Part shown: positions 60,083-64,000 of the stretch, piece by piece
How positions within the stretch are numbered: the first letter of the stretch is position 1
Layout: each line of letters starts with the position of its first letter
Assembly (NCBI GenBank): GCA_002104905.1
Contig: MCFE01000004.1
Location: forward strand, 1-64,000
Direction: 5' to 3'
Origin: Basidiobolus meristosporus CBS 931.73
Lineage: Eukaryota > Fungi > Basidiobolomycota
Length of the DNA: 64,000 bases
The notes under the pieces: model-generated
Told to the model about the DNA's origin: nothing
Seen by the model: only the letters and a program-made list of their open reading frames with translations
The model's database searches: none
Made by a program: the position numbers and the translations under genes

Positions 60083-60958
60083 GGTGTATTCAGCTGTGAG
60101 TTATCCAAGGCCTACAATGGTTTGCAGAGTTGAATATGGAGGATGGTATGACTAAAGTTTGCTGGCAGCGCTACTGGCGCAAGTTATAAGAAAGGAGACG
60201 TTTGAAGATTTTGGATAATGATTGGCCTCTTTTGGATCAATTAGATGTATATTGATAATTATGAAGTCCCACGCGTGACTAGATTTAGCAGTCTTTCTAT
60301 CTAATTGGCATTCACATGTTCACAAAGTGATGACGACGTCTCACTTGTATCAAGCTGAGGAAGTAGCAACCTGGTTTCTATGCCAAAGCAGCCAGTGGTC
60401 AGTAGCATTAGCCATATAGGAATAGCCCCCTCAACCCTTGTATATTCCAATAGAAGTCTCCTCACTGCCAGTGCCGAGCATTTATACATGAACGAGAGAA
60501 TTGAATCTTTATTGATTTCCAAAAACTCCGCAGGTATACAACATGCAGCCAGGTGTATGTTGCATCATTCCATTCATTTGAGCCATTTCCAGGGTGACGG
60601 TTTGCTCAGCCATCAATTGTCCCCTATTATTCGCCTGGATTGGATGGGATTCGATGGGATTCGATGGAACGGCTGCTGAATTCCATGTATTTCCAATGTT
60701 TGGTTTTGCAAAGACATTCAAGATGGAGCCTCCACAGCTGTGGTGATTGTTGTTCTCCACTGTGCCTCTCGCATATTGTATCTAAGAACGTGAGCTATGA
60801 GGAAGATATTAAAGAACTTCTCGGGCCCCTCCACACTCTCTGTTTTTCTCTTCCCTCTACTTCGGTAAGATTCGCCAACTATCTGCTTATTCTAAATATC
60901 CGTATTAACCATACCGCTTAACAGAAGCCAGTGTTGGCTTGCATGAGAACTAACTGCG

Positions 60959-61741
60959 ATGCTCCAGTTCAAGGCGCCTCTTATAATCCTCTATATTCTC
61001 TACCCTAAACTAACTCAAGGCAGCGTTTATGTCGGCTGCTACGAAGATGCTGACGACGTCCCGCTCCTCAACGATCTGAGTGCCACCGACCTTCCTAATC
61101 CATTCGTCGATCTTTCTCAGTCAAACGAACTATGCGCCGATTTTTGCCAAGTCCACCAATTTGTCTATTCTGGCACACACGACGGCAAATTCTGTTATTG
61201 TAGCAACACCATCCCACCAAGAACTAACAAGGCTTTCGAGTATCGATGCCAGACCCCCTGTGTGGGCAGCGAAGAAGAAGTATGTGGTGGCAGTGAATTT
61301 ACTAGCGTGTATGCAGTTGGATCAAACCATCCAGACACAGGCCACACGCCTCAAAACACCATCAAAACAAACGAGCTTACGGAGGAAGCCGAAGTCAGAA
61401 ACCAGCTCTCTTCCAGTCGTCTAAACGCATCCACATGGGCTTCGAGACCCGAGGGTGGCAACGGACCAATCTCCAATAACATCGGCGGAATCCCCGCTAG
61501 TGCAGGAAGTCTCATAGATAATACTGGTTTGATGGCCGCTGTCTTCACCTTGGCAGGGGTGGTTTTCATTGGAAGTGCAATCCTTGCATTCATACTATAT
61601 AATCGGAAAAGACTCACCTTGGAACCAGAATATCCTTGCTCCGTTAGTAGCGAAACCTGGGAACACCGTAGATCCAGCATTAGCTTGGTTGATCATGTTG
61701 ATTACACCATGAAACTACGGGTAACTAATCCGGACTGTTAG
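60959..61741 (+). CDS. WSC-domain single-pass membrane protein (cell-wall stress sensor-like)
   Basis: Signal peptide, WSC domain (YVGCYED...C..FC...YSG...FCYC...C...C.G...E.CGG), a TM helix and C-terminal DYTMKLRVTNPD. Confidence 0.88.
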   Translation: MLQFKAPLIILYILYPKLTQGSVYVGCYEDADDVPLLNDLSATDLPNPFVDLSQSNELCADFCQVHQFVYSGTHDGKFCYCSNTIPPRTNKAFEYRCQTPCVGSEEEVCGGSEFTSVYAVGSNHPDTGHTPQNTIKTNELTEEAEVRNQLSSSRLNASTWASRPEGGNGPISNNIGGIPASAGSLIDNTGLMAAVFTLAGVVFIGSAILAFILYNRKRLTLEPEYPCSVSSETWEHRRSSISLVDHVDYTMKLRVTNPDC

Positions 61742-62316
61742 TGTATTGTGTTTGTTTCATCTTTCTTTGGTAATCGATCATCCCTTGGTCTGATCTACCC
61801 GGAGAATGACAGCTAATTGCATATTATTTAAGATGGAGGGGGTTTTCACGTGACACCCATTCATAGAGACGCCTCCACCTATTTTCTTTTCATAGCTAGC
61901 CGCATTGGCTATCTGCACTCCTATCCTTTTAGCAAAAGACATACCAACTACATATACCACCTGGAAAGTGCTGAACTAATTCTGGTTATTTAAGGACGAA
62001 GAGTCGAAATAAACTGATATCCACTACAGCTTCTTTTGCTTGTTGCTCTCGTACTGGCCATATAGCTGTGCATAATATTGACTTCGACGCTTTCTGCATC
62101 ACTGTTTGATATTGATGACAAAGCGAGCAGATACTCTCCAAATTGGGTTAAACCACGCCAATGCTTCCCCTTACTTTGATCAACAGGTTTGAATCCTTCT
62201 AATACGTAACATGTCAAAGCGAATGGACTTTTTAGTAATAATAATTCATTGAGCACCAGTCGATTTCTGTATCGTCACTTCTGAAACGGTAGCAAGAGTG
62301 ATACAGGTTCGATGCC

Positions 62317-64000
62317 CTAACAGATTGTGGCCGAAGTGTATTGGTGTTGAACAATTGATCCCGAGTTGTCGTGGCTTCCATGCCAACTGGTGGAAACAAT
62401 CTTTGGAAGATAAGGGTGCCAGCTGACATCTCGAGTAACAGCCCGGCGGGAGATGGGCCTTGTAGAATCTCTACTGGTCGCCGCACCAACGTTGAGAGTC
62501 TGGACAATGTCTCCAGCAAGATTGAAGACTCGGACCTTGCCATCCTCTGAACCTGTATACAGATATCTTTGGCCAGTATTATGCAACGGAGAGAAATGGC
62601 AACGAATCAGCGTCTTGAGGACTCGGTGACCCCTGTAAGTCATCACCGAGCAGTCATTTGGATGTCGGAATCTTCTTGGGCCTGGATACTCCATGAAGCG
62701 ATAATCCCAATGGCAGCGGAAATCCAATCGCTCTGAACTGTCAAACTGACTGGCAGTCATCATGTTCCTTCAAAATAAGGAAATATCAGAGAGGATCTCC
62801 CGCTATCGTTAGATTGGAATAGAGCTCAAACCTGATATCCCACAGCTTCATGGTTTGGTCTTTCGAGTTGGTCAAGCAATAGCGACCATCTCCTTTGGAG
62901 GCAACAAAAGTGATCCCTTCGCTATGGCCCACCAAGGCGCCTGCGGGACGACTCCCTTTCCCCTTCATCGATCTTCGATCCCTAGTCAACGAGGATAAGC
63001 ATCGGGAGTGACGAGTTTCGCGATGAAATGACCAACCAAACTTTCACAAACGAGTCATCACTTCCACTAAAAAGAACATGAGTCGATGCTGGATCGGCAA
63101 AACAAACTGCATTCACCTCATCCTCATGACCAGCGCTTCTGGAAACTACCTTACGAGTTTCAACATCATATACTGGAGACGGGTCAGACCAGATCGTGTT
63201 GGATCGACTAAATAGGAGACATACTGTATATTCTTGCATCACTCGCCCCGGCTACAATCTCACGAGCATCTCCGGAGAACCTAATGGACCACAGCTATAG
63301 GCGATACTGATTAAACGATGTGCAACGCTGCTGATCAAATGACTTCTACAAACCCCAAAACCGGGATATTCATCTCTCCCGAAGTCAAGAGCATGCTGCG
63401 TGTCGTCATGTGGGTCGGTCTTCGCCATATATAGTACAGGAGAGATAGAGGAATATATGATCCATTGATTGTCCGAGCTTAGCGAGGCATCTTTTTGGGC
63501 AACAACGATAAGCGGCTAGTCTGAGACGGATGAGTAAGCAACAATCCATACCTGTGATGGTCCACCGGCCTACGAATATTCCATACATATTAGTAAACAC
63601 CACATGACAAGGATTCGCTGCGATGCATGCTACCTGTTTCACCAACGATGACTTTGGTTTCCACAAACTCTGGCCCAGTAGTGTCGTATATATGGACAAG
63701 AAAATCCTGTCCACAAGCGTAAAAGAAGGTTCTGGGAATATTGTTAGCGCCAACTCGGTATTTGAAAGCAAGCCTACACCATACCCGTCCTCCGAAAATT
63801 GCCCAGAGTATGGGCGTGAATCGTAGTGTGCAACCACCTGACCTCTTCCGGAAGGACGATAGTTCTATTGTAGATCACAAGGTCAGAAGCTAACTTTAGG
63901 GGGTAGAAGGGACCTTTCCAAACCTTTGAGACAGGGGCTTTAAGAAAATAGCTGGGCATGCATTCTCGAGCTATGAGCTTGTCCACCACGTTGACAGATG
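62317..64000 (-). CDS. DCAF11: WD40 protein DCAF11/WDR23 (LEC14B-like), 5' end beyond the window
   Basis: YDSRPYSGQFSEDG, RWTITD, GHEDEVNAVCFAD, GHSEGITFV, SKDQTMKLWDIR, WDYR, TYRGHRVLKTLIRCHFSP and DVSWHP. Confidence 0.88.

Noticed and set aside
60301-60760. Short minus-strand ORFs upstream of Lon (MENNNHHS..., MEINKDS...)
   Set aside because: They have non-ATG starts, no recognisable motif and a small 10-bp microrepeat; treated as intergenic.
61990-62256. 88-aa minus-strand ORF downstream of DCAF11
   Set aside because: It has a GTG start, lies in the probable 3' UTR and has no recognisable domain.

Overview
Eukaryotic DNA with short (about 50-70 nt) GT-AG introns. The gene content (CBM19-tipped secreted protein, SNAPC4-like Myb, KDM3-type demethylase, EBP, plant-type LRR protein) suggests an early-diverging, zygomycete-grade fungus; this is an inference. 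Most of the window is compact housekeeping genes: ADH, SGF29, RhoGEF, amino-acid permease, EBP, CH-kinase-C1, Cdc12-like septin, Sfp1-like zinc finger, LTA4H/M1 aminopeptidase, Nas2/PSMD9, SNAPC4-like, KDM3-like, peroxisomal Lon, WSC sensor and DCAF11. Three parts stand out. (1) A 9.2-kb array of four nearly identical intronless PEP carboxykinase (PCK1) genes, oriented - + - -. They form two overlapping inverted repeats and one tandem repeat, have mosaic SNP patterns and diverged flanks, and enclose a small secreted-peptide gene. All five frameshifts in copies 2 and 4 look like both alleles of a synonymous SNP written side by side, which points to a consensus artefact and possibly extra unassembled copies. 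(2) A 2494-aa secreted Thr/Val-repeat protein ending in a CBM19-like module, bracketed by two copies of a fold-back repeat. (3) A probably GPI-anchored plant-type LRR protein built from one-repeat-per-exon, same-phase 72-nt exons. Multi-exon gene boundaries were inferred by eye and no database searches were run.
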